A stretch of 64,000 bases of DNA from Eledone cirrhosa (Eukaryota): NCBI GenBank assembly GCA_964016885.1, contig OZ024740.1, positions 43,214,001 to 43,278,000 on the forward strand, read 5' to 3'. The notes under the pieces were generated by a model. It worked only from the letters and a program-made list of their open reading frames with translations. It was not told the origin of the DNA and did not search any database. How positions within the stretch are numbered: the first letter of the stretch is position 1; every line of letters begins with the position of its first letter. Of this stretch, positions 11,413 to 25,664 are shown piece after piece. The position numbers and the translations under genes are program-made.

Positions 11413-14149
11413 TAACTAACAAATATCCAATATTAAGAAAACTTTTATGCGAGAAACAATATAGGTTTAATAACCTTTAGATAACCATTTATGTTTTACC
11501 TTCTGATGTGGTGATCCTGGAATAAACCTCCGTTTTACTATCCTCAAGTATCTTGAAAAACTTATTAATTTAGCCGATTATTGAAACGAGAAACATCGAA
11601 GTTTATGAAGCACCCGGAGTGTACGAAGGCATGTTTAAGAATCACATGCTATGAGAAGTATCTTTCATTAAAAAATCAGTTCTTGAATTACAGATTGAAT
11701 GGTTAGTGACATTCCAAATAGGCATTATGCAAATGTAGGACATGTTGCAGCTGTCGAGGACAAAATTCTTTTAAAACTCAGTCTAACTGAGCGTGTAGCT
11801 GTTCATCTGGCTCCAAAGAAGGCTAAACTACTTGCATCAATAAGCAACACGTCATAAATATGATGATTAATATGTACATGATACTCTAACAAAACTGCAA
11901 TACTATTACTGAATGTCACATCCATTAGTGCAGAGCTAATTATTTTGGTGCTGCACCCGATGGAATGCTTTCAAGTTTCTATATAATGTTTGTATATATG
12001 TCACATTAACCAATCACTGATTGTTGTATTACCAGGATTCTAATCAATCACTACATTTCATTTCTTTCTATATCATCTCTGAATATATGTCAAACTCACA
12101 AATCACTGATATGTACAACATTAACGAGATTATAATCAACCATTACAATTCTATGGTACAATAAAGCATATCATATTTCATTTAATTGTATGCAGTATTT
12201 GTAAAATATATACATTTTAAGCAATTAAAAAAGACGTTAATCATGCATTTCCTACGAAACGACACCGAAGAAGTGTGCCGCTGTAATGTTTACAAGGAAC
12301 CTTGCATACATTATGTTGTGGTGTCCAAACTAACTTTTGTCCTATCGTTATATATTTCAGTATTACAATGAACTAGACGGGAAATTTGTAAAATAACGAT
12401 ATAAGTTGATTTATTTGAACTCCTGAGCATGTGGTTATTATCACATCCAAGAATACTAAGAAGGTTCTGTTGTGAATAGCTTATTAATGACTATAAAGCT
12501 TGGGAAAATGCGGAACCTATTAACGTTTACGTAATCTCCGTAGGCGTTTAATATAGGAGAACAAATGAGTTATTTTACAGAAATGATATTGCAGGTTTTT
12601 GTAATTAGACAGAATTTCAGGTGATTAATAAACGTTATCACAATCGCAGCAAGGATTTATAAATACTTTTATGTTCAGAAGTTTGAAAAACTTTCAATTA
12701 TGTTGTTTTATATACGGTGTTGCAAATGTTTTATAAGTCTACTAAGAAACTATAGATAATTGATAGAAACAATGTTCTTGTTAGTAGTTAAGGTAATCTT
12801 TAGAAACATCCTCTGTTGTACATCCTGAGCTTCTAGAGACTTGGTAGAAGGGTGCTTTTACAGTCGATGCAATATCATTCCGCTCCGCTATATCGATTAT
12901 TCTTCATAAACAACAGGATTAAGTAATTTTTCTAAGCTCTCTGTCTGACGATAAACCAAGTTAATACAATATCACATACCTTAGCGTTACGTTCAATAGA
13001 ATATTAAACAAAATATAGTCTTTTCCACAGAAGGTTATACGATGACTTCTTTTTCTATGTATGCATACAATACTTCATAATTTGTCTACACTGCTGAAAC
13101 TATTCGAGGGTTGGGAATAGAAATTATATATATAGCATTGTAAGATTCGAAAAGAATGGGTTAGAATAGATGTATTTATTTGTTAAGAACTCTCGGCCTA
13201 GAACAATAATATAACAAAAATCATAATATATATAGGAAATTTACCGAAAATATATTTGTCGAAATAACAAATCACAAATTAAGCGGAAGACATTTGTAAA
13301 AAGGTATATTAGTAGAAAAAGCAGTTTGTTGAAAAGCAAATTAATCGAAAGTATATGAATAAAAAAGTAATATTTTCGCATAACTATTAATACTATTAAC
13401 ATTTTTAATAGGTATAACAAGTTAAAAATTATAATTGTGCATACAATAATATTGGACGTGCTTCCGTTAAATGGATCAGTAATAAAATGACAACTCAGTA
13501 AATATGATTGTGTGCATCCAATCAAAATATTATCGTATTTTTCATTAATACAGTGTCATTCACTGCTGTGTTTGTTTATAAGATTAAATATTGTCAAGAC
13601 ATAGCTTTAGAGAGAACAAAAAAGTATATTTAAAATATAAATTAAGACGAAGATCGCAATTGAAAAGAACCATTATATAATCAAATTTTTTAAAATAAAA
13701 ATAATTAAAAATATAATAATCAATTAATGATTTATTTGATTACATATTTTAAATTAAAACTATTTTGAAAAAGTGAAAGTGTACTTTACAGAAACTTTCA
13801 CTAATCATATTTGTCTTTTTTATAGAAACTCAATTAATGATTTTATTATTGAATATTCTGTTTAAAAAGAAACTGAAAAACAAAGCCAAACAAACGAAAA
13901 CGAAAATCTTAACAAACAGTGTGTTGGTCATTGTGATACATGCATGTTCTCGTAACTTCTGGGGGAGTCGGAGGGGCACCGCAGTGATATACAGCTTTTC
14001 TAGGGTATTTTTAAACCTGGCGAATCCCAATCCTTTCCAGGTCTGAATTCAACAGATTTCTTCCAAAGAAAGATAGAGAATGATGGAATGGGGGTGAGAA
14101 AGAGGTATAGAGGAAAAATCAACCCGTGTTTGACTGGTTCTTTTTTATT

Positions 14150-14278
14150 AGCTGACTTCGAATGGATGAAAAGCAAATAGTTGACTTCGGCGGGATTTGA
14201 ACTCAGACAGCAAAGAACTAGAAATGAATAGCGCAAAGTATTATATCCGACGTTCTCACGACTCTGCAATTCGCCACC
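14150..14278 (-). mobile_element. tRNA-derived SINE (degenerate)
   Basis: B-box gagttcaaatccc followed by gccgaagtcaac...ttcatcc on minus. Confidence 0.65.
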
Positions 14279-14574
14279 TGGAAGTTGACCATAGGTAACA
14301 TGGACCTACTTCAAAGACGATTAGCCATTGAACCCTATCAAGTATGTATTTTCCCTTAACCTGCCGGGTAAATCTTTCAGAGAGCTCATAAAACCGACAA
14401 TCAAAATGGAATCATAAATGGTGACACTACATTAGAAGGAAATACCTATATTATTTTAGAGCATGGCGCAATTTACAACATTGGACGTTGAATTGTTTGA
14501 AATAACGCTCAATAGTCTTTGGAATAATGGGAATACCAATGCTTATATGAGATATCCGTGCATCAAAAATACAC

Positions 14575-14684
14575 TGATCGTTAAGCAAAGCGTCCCATAT
14601 ATGAATCTGATTTGCCATGTTTGAATAAGCTTATTCAAACCTGGCAAATGATATTCATATATGGGACGCTTTGCTTAATGATCA
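14575..14684. repeat. 110-bp imperfect palindrome (MITE-like)
   Basis: Centre aataag|cttatt at 14629/14630; arms pair with few mismatches. Confidence 0.8.
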
Positions 14685-15879
14685 TCCTCTTACATTGTAC
14701 TCATTCTATGCAAGACCATGGAATTCCATGAAATATAGTAGAAGTGGGTGCCAAGTTTACTTTCATCGGTATTGAAAGTTATTAATGCGAATCAATTTCT
14801 TCAACGCTGTATCACATCTGTATAGGAACAACTTCAATGGTAGCTATTTTATCAAATACCTAGGGATGAAAGGCTAATTCGATCCTGTTTGTATTTGAGA
14901 TTAATTCATTTAAATTTTATAATATAGCAGTATGTTAAGTGAGCAGCTATATTTCTCTCTTTGCCACATTCTTATTCGAAATCACTTTAAACTATTACAA
15001 TAAAAAATGATTTCGATTCTGATGTAATGATTTATACTATATAGGTCGAGGGTGTTTTGACATTTGAAATAAAATTCACATGAATACAATTCATATTGTT
15101 TATAATCTTGCTAAATCTATTATATTTGGATGAAAATGTCAAGTATAATCAGAAGAAAAGAAATCAATTTCGTTTAGAAGTTGATATAAAGCTTGGAAAC
15201 TAGGAGTAATCGGTGCTATTTGATTTATATTGTTAGCATTGACAAAAATCCCCTCATGCTTTATATGAAGTGTATCTATATAAACCTTACATTTTCTCGT
15301 TTATATAGCGAGTTTCAGCTGTAGGAAGGGAAATGCTATTTGTGATGGTGGAAGAAGAGGGAGAGGAAGGTGAGGGAAAAGAGAAAGGGACAGAAAGAAA
15401 AAAGAGAGAAAGAGATTATGGCATATGGAATCTTTAATTTGGGAGAATAATTGTGGTCAGTATGTTTCATACTGAATTTTAATTGTTATTTAGCCCCAGT
15501 TCAATCCAGATTGTGCAGACGCGACCACAAGTTTTCCAAATCGTCCAGCCATGTCAGGCCCTATATCTCTTGTAACACATTATATCTGTCTGTTGTCAAG
15601 AGAATAGATTGTAATCTGAAGGAAATTTTGAGGCTATTTTTAGTAGCTCGGGTCACTAAGTTTGCTCGATGTCTCGTTTAATTTCTACTAGTCTTTGTAA
15701 ACAGAGATGGTAGCCATGAACATTTTCTAGTATTTTTCACAGCTCCGACCCTCGTGCGTGTGTGAGTATATCCATAAAACCTACAGTTTGAAAAATGTGT
15801 CCGAACACGGAAGAACCGAACTACCACTGACATACCCTCCATCTCTCTCACCCTCCCCATCTCTCTGTATTATGAGTAA

Positions 15880-16060
15880 ATGGGGTCCCACGTGCAGGCC
15901 TCCCCACATCGCCGGCGGACAGAATGGAGAAGGCGTTTGCCCGGAGGATGGTAAGGGAGATGCGCTGGAAAAGCCATTCCATCTCGCGAGGCTCACACCT
16001 GCGGCTGGACAGCTCAGCGCCTATGGTGGTAAGTATGGAGTTAGCCCTAGGGCCAAGGAT
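15880..16060 (-). mobile_element. 3' end of a CRE-like RLE non-LTR element
   Basis: EPREMEWLFQRISLTILRANA resembles the QRxSxxxxRGNA C-terminus; second copy at 59.4 kb. Confidence 0.6.
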
Positions 16061-16888
16061 ACCAGAAGTCTCCACTGTTAAGGAGAAACGTGTTTTGAAA
16101 ACTATGTATTTCTAAAGAGATAAGAAGTGTATTTTTGTAGAATTTTGTATGAAGTATTTATAGATGTAAGAAGTATTATATAGTAAAATCTAGAGTTATG
16201 ACATTTAATAAGGATAAAATGGTTGCATTTTGACGAAGGCTATTAGGCAGGAAAAGATTTATATAATATTTCAAGCAAACCTTTTTTCCTGAAAATAGTG
16301 CATTAGTCGAGGAACAGCAATAAGTAAATAGTCTTGCTTGTATGAAAGAAATCTTTCGTTGATATATATGATTGTATATTGTAAATGTGGATCTAATTTT
16401 GATATTAAAAGTTATGGTTTTCTTTATAACATATTCATCAATAATGTATATTTCGATGATAGAAACAAATCAATTAGATTTTAATTAAAAAAGACATAAC
16501 CTTTTCATATTCTAAAGTTTATTACCGCAACAAGCCTTCTGTTTCATTGTCTATAAACGCTGCTTTATTATGGTTCCTCATATTATCAGAAGCAAACTAG
16601 TCTTTTGATATTATAGTTTAATATAGTTTTTTTATGAGATTATAGCTATGAGAATCTATTTTCTGTTTTTAAACAGAAAAACTTAATTGCCTATGTTCGA
16701 GAAATGATGAGTTGTACATCAACCGTGGAATAATACTGATATGTTTCATTGATATGTTCTGTGTAATCAATAAAGAACGATGTTTAGAATGTTCTGGGTA
16801 TTGTAAGTACGATATCGGAGAAAATTGAAATAAGAGAATAGATTTCTGTTTAAAGCAAAAGAGACATTCAACTGGGTAGCAATTATGC

Positions 16889-17139
16889 CGTGTTACAAAT
16901 GTTCTACTTGTACATATATCACACCATGTTTTGTAACGATTTTTCTGGCGGTACAAATATCACACTATGTTTTGTATTAAAGATTCTGGTGGTATAGATG
17001 TCACTCTATCTGTAGTAACAAATGTTCTGGTGGTACAAATGACAAACTCTACTTAGTATCAAAGAATCTGGTGGTACAAATGTCACAACTTGTTTAGTAT
17101 CGGACGTTCTTGTGGTAGAAATGTCATACTATGTTTAGT
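16889..17139. repeat. ~41-bp minisatellite, about 6 degenerate units
   Basis: Unit ~ttctggtggtacaaatgtcacactatgtttagtaacaaatg. Confidence 0.85.
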
Positions 17140-18793
17140 TTCGAAACCTCACATCACGTGCTTACATTTCACTGAGGTCTACCTCGCGTTGCTTTCCCCT
17201 AGATTTCTGAATATCTAGTCATGATTCGGAGTCTAACATATTTATTATCATCTTTATATTGGTTCCGGATTTAATATGAAGAATTATAATATTAAAAACA
17301 TTTATAGACTACGAAACAAACGGTAGGTGTATTACAATATGTAGTATAGTTCATTGTTTAATTAAAAGCTCTCTTTCTCATCACTGTAAAAATATATTGC
17401 TAATGACGGTTATTTGGACAGCTCATTCCTGGTTTGACATACCACTGGTGCCATCTAACCAATGAACAATGTTTGATGAGCGCGTGCTTGAAGAATATTT
17501 ATACCAGTATAAACAGTTTACTCCGCGTGTAGATTGTGTGGCTAACCAGTAGGATTAAAACAAAACCTGTCCAAGTACAGAAGAGCATAGCGTATCACAG
17601 AGAAATCGATAGTCAATGATATTTAGAACGGAAACAGGCGACTCCCGGTTGTGTATCTGACTATCAACTCACACATCACTGTGTACTAACAACCTTTTCG
17701 GTGTGTGTATGTTAAATGGATAACTTATGTCACTTACTGTCACTATGTCAGTATGCACGAAGATGTGTTATGTAGCTTAACATTCATATAATTTTATCTT
17801 TGTCTTTAAGCATTCGACTATCTATCATGCTTTTGTGGAAATCGATGTTTTCCTGATTATAATATTCTAGTCTATATGGCAGCACAGTATGAGGGGTTTC
17901 ATAAATAATCACCTATTTTGGTTCCAAATATAATTAGAAGAGAAATAATGGTTACCTAAAAGAAAATCAACTTCATACGTTCTCACTGTATAAAGTATTG
18001 AATTTGAACGGAATTAGCTTTACACAAGAATATAATTGAAGAAATAGGAGAAACTTATGCAAAGGAGGTTTTGTAATTGACGCATATTTCTCTGACATAA
18101 CAGTTATTGATTATATAATTAGTAAGTATATACACAAGCTGGAAGGTAATTTAAGTGTTTTAGGGGAATGTGAAAATAAAAGGGTTTAAGAAAAATATTG
18201 AGAATATAAAATGAGGAAATGAATAGAAATAGAGTTTGGAGAACGACTGATGTAAAATGAGCGAGAAAATGTAATTATACAGAAATAAAAATTGTAACTA
18301 ATTAACAATGTATTGTTTTGACATTAAATATAGCAATATTAAATTGGGCACTTGCCACGTATTACAACTGATAATGAGATTTGAAATAAATAATGATAAG
18401 ATCATATGATATTATATGTATACTTAAAAATCGATTAAAACGATTAAGTTTTCGTTTCTTATATAACATCATTTGGTATCATCTGTTGGAACCATATATT
18501 TGTGGTGTTGTGTGTGCTTCTACATCAAGGAATTAACAGATAGAGATCGGATTGATTGCAAGTTATGTTTTACTTGGTCGGAAAAAGACCTAATTTCGAT
18601 GTTGCAGAGGGAGAGTGGTCAGTTGTTCTAGAGTTTATAAACGCTAATGAGATTGGTGGTGTATATTGGTTGTATGTCTTACGTGCTTTAAATGTGATTG
18701 ATGGTGTTTGTTTTGTATATCCTGTGTGACTGATGTTATGTGGCTGGTGGTGTTTGATTTATTTGGTCTGTGAGATTGATATTATGTTATTTA

Positions 18794-19102
18794 TCTGAGT
18801 TCAAATCCCGCCAAGGTTAACTTTGCCTTTCATCCTTACGAGGTCGATAAAGTAAAGTACCAGTAATGTACTGGGTAATTGCTGGCCTTGTGCCGAAAGT
18901 AGAAACAATTATGTTATTTATAGCAGTATCGGTAGAGGGCCGGACGCCATGCTTTGCAACAAAGAGTTACAGCCCTTTATGATCTGAGTTCAAATTCCGC
19001 CGAGGTTAACTTTGCCTTTCATCCTTACGGGATCGATAAAATAAAGTACCAGTAATACACCGAGATAATTGCTGGCCTTGTGCCAAAATTAGAAACAATT
19101 AT
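18794..19102 (+). mobile_element. Two tandem tRNA-derived SINEs (Nin/Deu-type central domain)
   Basis: gagttcaaat(c/t)ccgcc-aggttaactttgcctttcatccttacg..tcgataaa..aaagtaccag twice; domain name from recollection. Confidence 0.85.
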
Positions 19103-19532
19103 GTTATTTCTGGTGTTTGAATATGTTGTGTGCATGATGTTTTCTGTGTACTGTGTGACGTTTCGTATGTTTTAATCATGGGCTGCAAGTATGTAGAATA
19201 TATAGGGTGTAACGGATTAGCAGGGTCGTTAGGGCGTTGGAGAATACTTAGCAATATACCTTCTGAGTACAAATCTGGCCGTGGTAAACTTAACTTGTAT
19301 CCTTCTTGGGTCAATAAAATCCTTCTTGGGTCGATAAAATAAACAACCAGTGAAACATTGTAAGTCGATATATATCTCCTAAATTGATGGCGGTGTGCCT
19401 AACTTAGAAAATTATGTGTTTGTGTGTGACAGCTCACACCTATGCAGGTTTAGCTGGCCTCCTCCAATGTATATCTCGTTGGAGGTGTCTTGGGTGATTT
19501 AATGATAAGGACCCCAGTCCTATCTTCTCATT

Positions 19533-19659
19533 TCTACAGCTGAGTAAACTGGAGCAACGTGAAATAAAGTGTCTTGCTCTAGGAAACAACACATCACCCG
19601 GTCCGAGAATTGAACTCACAACATTTCGATTGCAAGCCCAATGTTCTAACCACTAAGCC
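19533..19659 (-). mobile_element. Second tRNA-derived SINE family (V-domain/MESC-like)
   Basis: Minus strand ggcttagtggttag (A box), gagttcaattctc (B box), then gagcaagacactttatttcacgttgctccagt. Confidence 0.7.
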
Positions 19660-20106
19660 TTCACATTAGAACATTTTATTGGATGGTGAATATGTGCTAT
19701 GGGGGTTGAATATGTGATATGGGGGTTGAATATATGCTATGGTCTCATTTTAATACTAACAGTTATGTGAGCTATTGGGTTTAAAATGTCGTGTATAGAT
19801 AATTTAAAAGTAATTGTGTTGCGTTTAAAGATGATATGCTGTGTTCAATTTGTTAATACTAATTTTATATACTTTTCATCTTTCCGGAGCCGATAAAATA
19901 AAGTATCGTTCAAGTATAGGGGTTTATTTACTCACGTTTGCCCTTCAAACAAATTTGCTGGAGTTGTGTATAGACATTTTGTATCTATGTTTTGATGTAC
20001 TTACGAAATGCTTTTCAAAATTTTACCCCCTTCATTCAGTGTTGTATTTTATTACTTTTATTTGATTTCCGGGTCAATGTCTCACTTTATATACTTTGTT
20101 TTCGTT

Positions 20107-20200
20107 TCTTCTTCTTCTTCTTCTTCTTCTTCTTCTTCTTCTTCTTCTTCTTCTTCTTCTTCTTCTTCTTCTTCTCCTCCTCCTCCTCCCCCTCCTCCCA
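20107..20200. repeat. (TTC)n-(TCC)n microsatellite
   Basis: Read directly. Confidence 0.95.
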
Positions 20201-20897
20201 CTCCCTCTTCTTCTCTTTCAACTACATTTAATATCCAATGTTCTTTTAAAAGTTCTAACATGATAATGGTTAGAACATTTGAAAGTAAAGACCAACTGGG
20301 GAGAGAGAGGAGTGTTAACAGAAAACAAGATGAATAAAATACGTTGAATATGAAATGTAAATGAAAGTGTGTGGAAAGTAAAGTGAATGAGAATCAAAAT
20401 AAAAATATTGGCGATTGTATCTTTTATAGACCCAAGGGAAATTATCTCAAGGAAAACTTTTCTTGCTGACATTTATGTTGAAGTTTTATGTATTGTTATC
20501 AGTTTTATAATATATTACGACAGCTATGGAAACGTTTGGTTATAGGTTCCATCACTTATAAGGAGAAAAAAACAACAAAAAAACAACGAAAAAACAGCAC
20601 TTTTAAATACTTCCAGTCATCGCAACAGTAATTAGATTCTATACATAGGATGATATTCCAGAATATGCTATCAAAGCACATCATAGATGACAGCTATTCT
20701 GCTAAATGTGTTGCCATAAATGCCAGCTATAGTGCTACATTCACCACTGTGTTATATACATGTTCACATAAGTCCGCCGTATATGATGGCTATTCTGCTA
20801 CATTCAAGAAAGTTTCATATACATGTGTACGTAAACACGCTACAAACTGCTACATTCAACATGTTTAATGTACATGTTCACTTGAACACTCCATTAA

Positions 20898-21085
20898 TAA
20901 TTGTTTCTACTTTTGGCATAAGGCCAGCAATTACCCAGTGCATTACTTACTGGTACTTTATTTTATCGACTCCCGTAAGGATGAAAGGCAAAGTTAACCT
21001 CGGCGGGATTTGAACTCAGACCATAAAGGGGCGCGACTCTATGCTGCAGAGCATGGCGTCCGACCTTCTACCGATACTGGCAATC
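20898..21085 (-). mobile_element. tRNA-derived SINE inserted in a degenerate gctacattca minisatellite (20690-21130)
   Basis: Reverse complement of the 18.9-kb SINE; repeat motif continues on both sides. Confidence 0.85.
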
Positions 21086-21519
21086 CCACAGCTATTGTGC
21101 TACATTCAACAAAATATTATATATATGTTGAAATCCTATCTCATAACAGGCAAAATGTAATACTCATTCAAAAGTAAGCTATTCAGTAATCCATCATAGA
21201 TTTTGTCATATAACCATCACTTACAGCATGTAGTGGTTTATGCTATGTTGAAGTATAATACCTGCTATATCTATATATAAATTTGAACGACTTCCGTCCG
21301 TCATACAATGTGTGTGTTTGGGTGAATGTATATGTCTGTAAAAGGAAGGAAGATGATGGTGAAAAACTATAGCTAAACAACCACTGGCGTTTCATTTGCT
21401 ACCCTGTGTGTGAGTGTATGTGTGTGTTTGTGTAAATGTGTGTCTATATATTGAGTTAGAAACTCAGAGTAGTCCCTTACAATAAAAATAGCCCAAGGAA
21501 AATATTTTCCGAGCCGTAT

Positions 21520-21783
21520 AATATAATTTAATTTAATAAAGAGAGATAAACACAGATATATACATATATGTGTTCAAATCATAAGGGACCAGATTCGCTA
21601 GGGTGAAAGAGTTACTAACTTAGTATCTCTTTCACCCTATTAGTACCTCTTTCACCAGAGTCGCTAGGGTGAAAGAGTTACTAACTTAGTATCTCTTTCA
21701 CCCTAGCGAATCTGGTCCCTTATGATTTGAACACATATATGTATATATCTGTGTTTATCTCTCTTTATTATATTAAATTATAT
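21520..21783. repeat. Fold-back element with a duplicated internal hairpin
   Basis: Outer arms inverted; the self-complementary unit tagggtgaaagagttactaacttagtatctctttcacccta occurs twice. Confidence 0.85.
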
Positions 21784-22627
21784 ACTCATACATATAAATG
21801 TATGCATGTGCAGACACACACGGACAAACATAAACACACACTTGTCAGCGTGTTGAAAAAAAAATACTAGTAATTATAAATTCTGCGTTAAACTCCTATG
21901 TACAGAAAAAACGCACGGGGATTAAAAAGTTGGTTTTAAAACGATAAAATTTATTGATACAATATGAGTATTTCATACACTACTTATCGATGCATAGATA
22001 CTACTGCCTTATCATTTTACAGATAAACGCTATTTTTAGATATTTATTAGTTTATGTACAAGCGTTGTCATGAATTAACTGATCTTATCAGCATTTTTAT
22101 AACAAATTAATTTCATATAATCTCCCATTTCTAATTTCGTTAGAAAACAATGAATGTTTTAATGAAGTAGTGAAATAACCTCAGACATACACATGTACAG
22201 ACACACGTACACACACATATGAATATACACACATACGTACACATGCACACACACACACGCCACGCTCACATACAGACATACTCACATATATACACGTACA
22301 CATACATGCACACACGTTCATTTACACAGTCAAACACTGGATGTTGTAAAACAGCTGAGCTCATTGTAAGTGGATATTTGGTAGATCTGAAGATTTGCTT
22401 TATATCTTTTATTTTTACAGTCAATTAAAATGGTGCAGTATTTAGGAGTATCAGACAGACCCTATAAGATATAGTCTATAGTAGATATAAATACATAATG
22501 GATTTATAATTTCAGAATATTAGATTTGTTTTAACCAAAGAGGGAATGAGGTTTAGTTCGTGTGAATAACTTTCTGAATCAACTATTGCTGATGATAATG
22601 ATTGTGCTAAGGATGATGGTGGTAATA

Positions 22628-22871
22628 ATAATTGTTTCTACTTTTGGCACAAGTCCAGCAATTACCCAGTACATTACTGATACTTTATTTTATCAACCCC
22701 GTAAGGATGAAAGGCAAAGTTAACTTCGGCGGGATTTGAACTCAGAATAGCAAGGGCCGTAACTCTATGCGTCAAAAGCATGGCGACCGACCCTCTACCG
22801 ATACTGCCAATCCATAATAATAATTGTTTCTACTTTAGGCACAAGGCTAGCAATTACCCAGTTCATTACTG
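22628..22871 (-). mobile_element. tRNA-derived SINE plus a truncated second copy
   Basis: Same family as 18.9 kb; second copy 22821-22871 breaks off at the R4/Dong fragment. Confidence 0.85.
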
Positions 22872-22874
22872 AAT

Positions 22875-23142
22875 GGGAGTTAAAAAGTATTTGGAACTAC
22901 CATGAAATCAAGGTCGTCCCGATTGTCATAGGCGCACTAAGTACTATCTCAAAGAGTTTCCAGGGATGGTTGAAGAAGATTAGTCCAGCCGCGCTTTTTG
23001 GAACACTTCAAAAGACATGCTTGCTGGGAACAGCAAGAACCCTCCGATACGCCGTGAATATCTGAGGCTGCAGGTAGCGGCTTGATATTCATTTCAACAA
23101 ACTTTCCAGTTAAATAACGTCAATGACTGAGACTCAAAGAAC

Positions 23143-23143
<1 letters not shown>
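22875..23143 (+). mobile_element. 3' fragment of an R4/Dong-clade RLE non-LTR retrotransposon
   Basis: Translates ELKSIWNYHEIKVVPIVIGALST...LQKTCLLGTARTLRYAVNI*; short 3' UTR, then (ATC)n. Confidence 0.75.
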
Positions 23144-23322
<179 letters not shown>

Positions 23323-23536
23323 GAATGCCATGGTTGACGGAGGCTCGGCTCTGTAAGGTATAGTAATTTTTAACCGTTAAAACAATTGTAAATTGTTTAA
23401 AACTTGAACCAAATTGTTGATAAAGACACCCTCCTCCTCGTGAGAGGGGTCTTTCTGTCCGTTATTTGGCCCTTCGGGGCTAAATAACCAGTTATTGGGG
23501 TTTTGAACCCAATATTCATTTTAAACAAAAAACAAC

Positions 23537-25629
23537 ATGGCTACGAAAAAGAAATTTCATACGTCACTCCCACTCATTCCGTCTTCTTCTTCCTCAATCA
23601 TCACTACAACAGAGAGAAGATTGTCTCTCTCCCTCCCTTCTTTAAATGTGTCTCTCTCCCTCCCTTCTCTTTCGCAAGCGACGAAAGAAAAGAAAAGTCT
23701 CGTGCAAAGCCTGCAAGGTTTCTCCACGACGACGACGACAGCGACGAAACAGGTGTGCGGGAAATACGAAAACCCAGTTCATTCGTCTGACGTCAGGAAT
23801 AATAGCAGTAGCAGCCGTAATAACAACAGCAACAGTGACAATGAAAACAACAGTAGCAGCCGCAACAGCATCACCAGCAGCATAAACAACAACAGCATTA
23901 GCAGCAGCAACACCAACAACAACCACAGCAACAGCGGCGGAGGCAGTAGTCGTAGTACCTGCAGCAACAAAAGTACCAGCAGCTCTGACGACAACAACAA
24001 CAGCAGAGAAAAACCAATCTCATTTGCAGGTATTGCGAAAAACTTGGAAACAATCCTCATAACAAATGAGGAATTAGAGGAAGCGAAGAAGATGGTGACA
24101 AAGAACGGACACCGAGCAATCTGCAAGGCAGCGAAAAATTTTTTCGAAACCCAAGAGCACTGTACGGTCACGTACCGTACAGTAAGTACAAAATCCCGTA
24201 GGGTGGAAAAAGCCACAGAGGCCCAAATACAAAAAGCCTTGGGGTCTGTGTGGCAGAGGAAAACGCACATCACCCGAGGCAAAAAATACGCCACCGTAGA
24301 CGTACTTTTTGCCACACCCCAGGAGGCAAAGGCCCAATCAGTAGTGACCCTAAGGAGCGAGGAAATGGTGTTGGTGCCCTCCTACTGCGGGCAAAAAATT
24401 GTGAGGGTCACACTGACCCACGTCCCCCCCGGAATGACCCCTTCTTGGCTGGCCGCGTCTGTCCTCGTCGGAATCGAGGACAAAACAACTGTACTGCAAG
24501 TACAGAAAAAAGTAAGAGAAGATTGGGTCGGCTCCTCCATTGAGATGCTAATCCAAACCAACCAGGAGTGCATCGAAGCTATCCCGGATGTGATAGACTT
24601 CGATAACGGCACTCAACTGCCCATAAGTGTTGAGGGCAAACGCCCGAAATGCTTTCGCTGTGGATCGAAGACTCACCTCAGGGCCTTCTGCAACGAGAAG
24701 ACCCTGAGAAAGGAGAAATCCCCCTCCTTCCGAATCCGGCTCCACGGCTACCAGCAACAGGACAAGCGGCAACCAGGAACGATAGGTCCGTGGCACCCAT
24801 ACCCACTCCACGGAAATCAAAGACAGCAGCAGCAGTGGAAATATTAACAACAACAACAGCAATACCAAATGCAGCTGCAACAGAGACTCCAGTGCAAACA
24901 TCATCAACAACAACAAGTGAAAGAGTGGAGCTGGTACCCCTCCCCGACCTTACAGAATCAGACATGGAGTGTGAGGTGGGAGAGGGATGGCAAAAGGTCG
25001 CAAGAAGGCACAAACGCAGAAGCAGCGCATCGTCGCCTTTGAAAAGGGAGGAAAGAAATGAGAAAAGGGTAAAGTCTACTGCAAAGAGACCCACAGCAGC
25101 AACAACACCAACACCATCACCACCCACACTAGCGCCACCATCACCACCGGCGACAACCCCACCGCCAACAACACCTTCAACACCACCACCACAAGCACCA
25201 ACATCGCAAACACAACAACAAAACACACACACCCAGCAACAACGACAAGAAAATAGCAGAACCACACCCCACCCCCAGAAAAACAAATGCACGGCAATAA
25301 ATACACACAACAAGAAACTAATGACTTACATAATTGAACACACAGACATTTCACAACAGGACTACATAATACCAGCACCAATCAAAACGCCAACTAACAT
25401 AAGACTGCTAAAAATAGCACAGAAACAATACACAAATATTAAAACGAAATTCCCCAACGCAGTTGGTGATTTCAGGGACCTAGGAGGAACCATCAATCGA
25501 AGAGTATACTCAGACATTCTCTTAGAAGAGCCGACGACCAGCCGAAGGGACGATTCAACGGTCCCTTCACCAGACGATCAAGTGAAAAGGGATGTAAAAA
25601 CCATCCCTCCTCTACCAAAAGTACGGTAA
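23537..25629 (+). pseudogene. Tx1-like ORF1 (gag-like, CX2CX4HX4C knuckle), one frameshift near 24720
   Basis: CFRCGSKTHLRAFC; copy 2 reads through this site in frame, giving a ~697-aa consensus. Confidence 0.85.
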
Positions 25630-25664
25630 GTGGTCTTTCCCATCTTTTCCACTCTATTTTAAAC

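Noticed and set aside
12980-13093. Possible host exon on minus (tttcag...gtatgt)
   Set aside because: Stop codons in all three frames and no partner exons.
16889-17139. CRISPR-like periodic repeat
   Set aside because: Contiguous degenerate 41-bp units without unique spacers, no cas genes, eukaryotic context.
18794-19659. tRNA genes
   Set aside because: A/B boxes run into SINE bodies; no complete cloverleaf.
23323-23500. HDV-like ribozyme in the Tx1 5' UTR (ctcctcgt and gctaa motifs)
   Set aside because: P1, P2 and P1.1 cannot be placed in the required order; two simple hairpins explain the sequence better.
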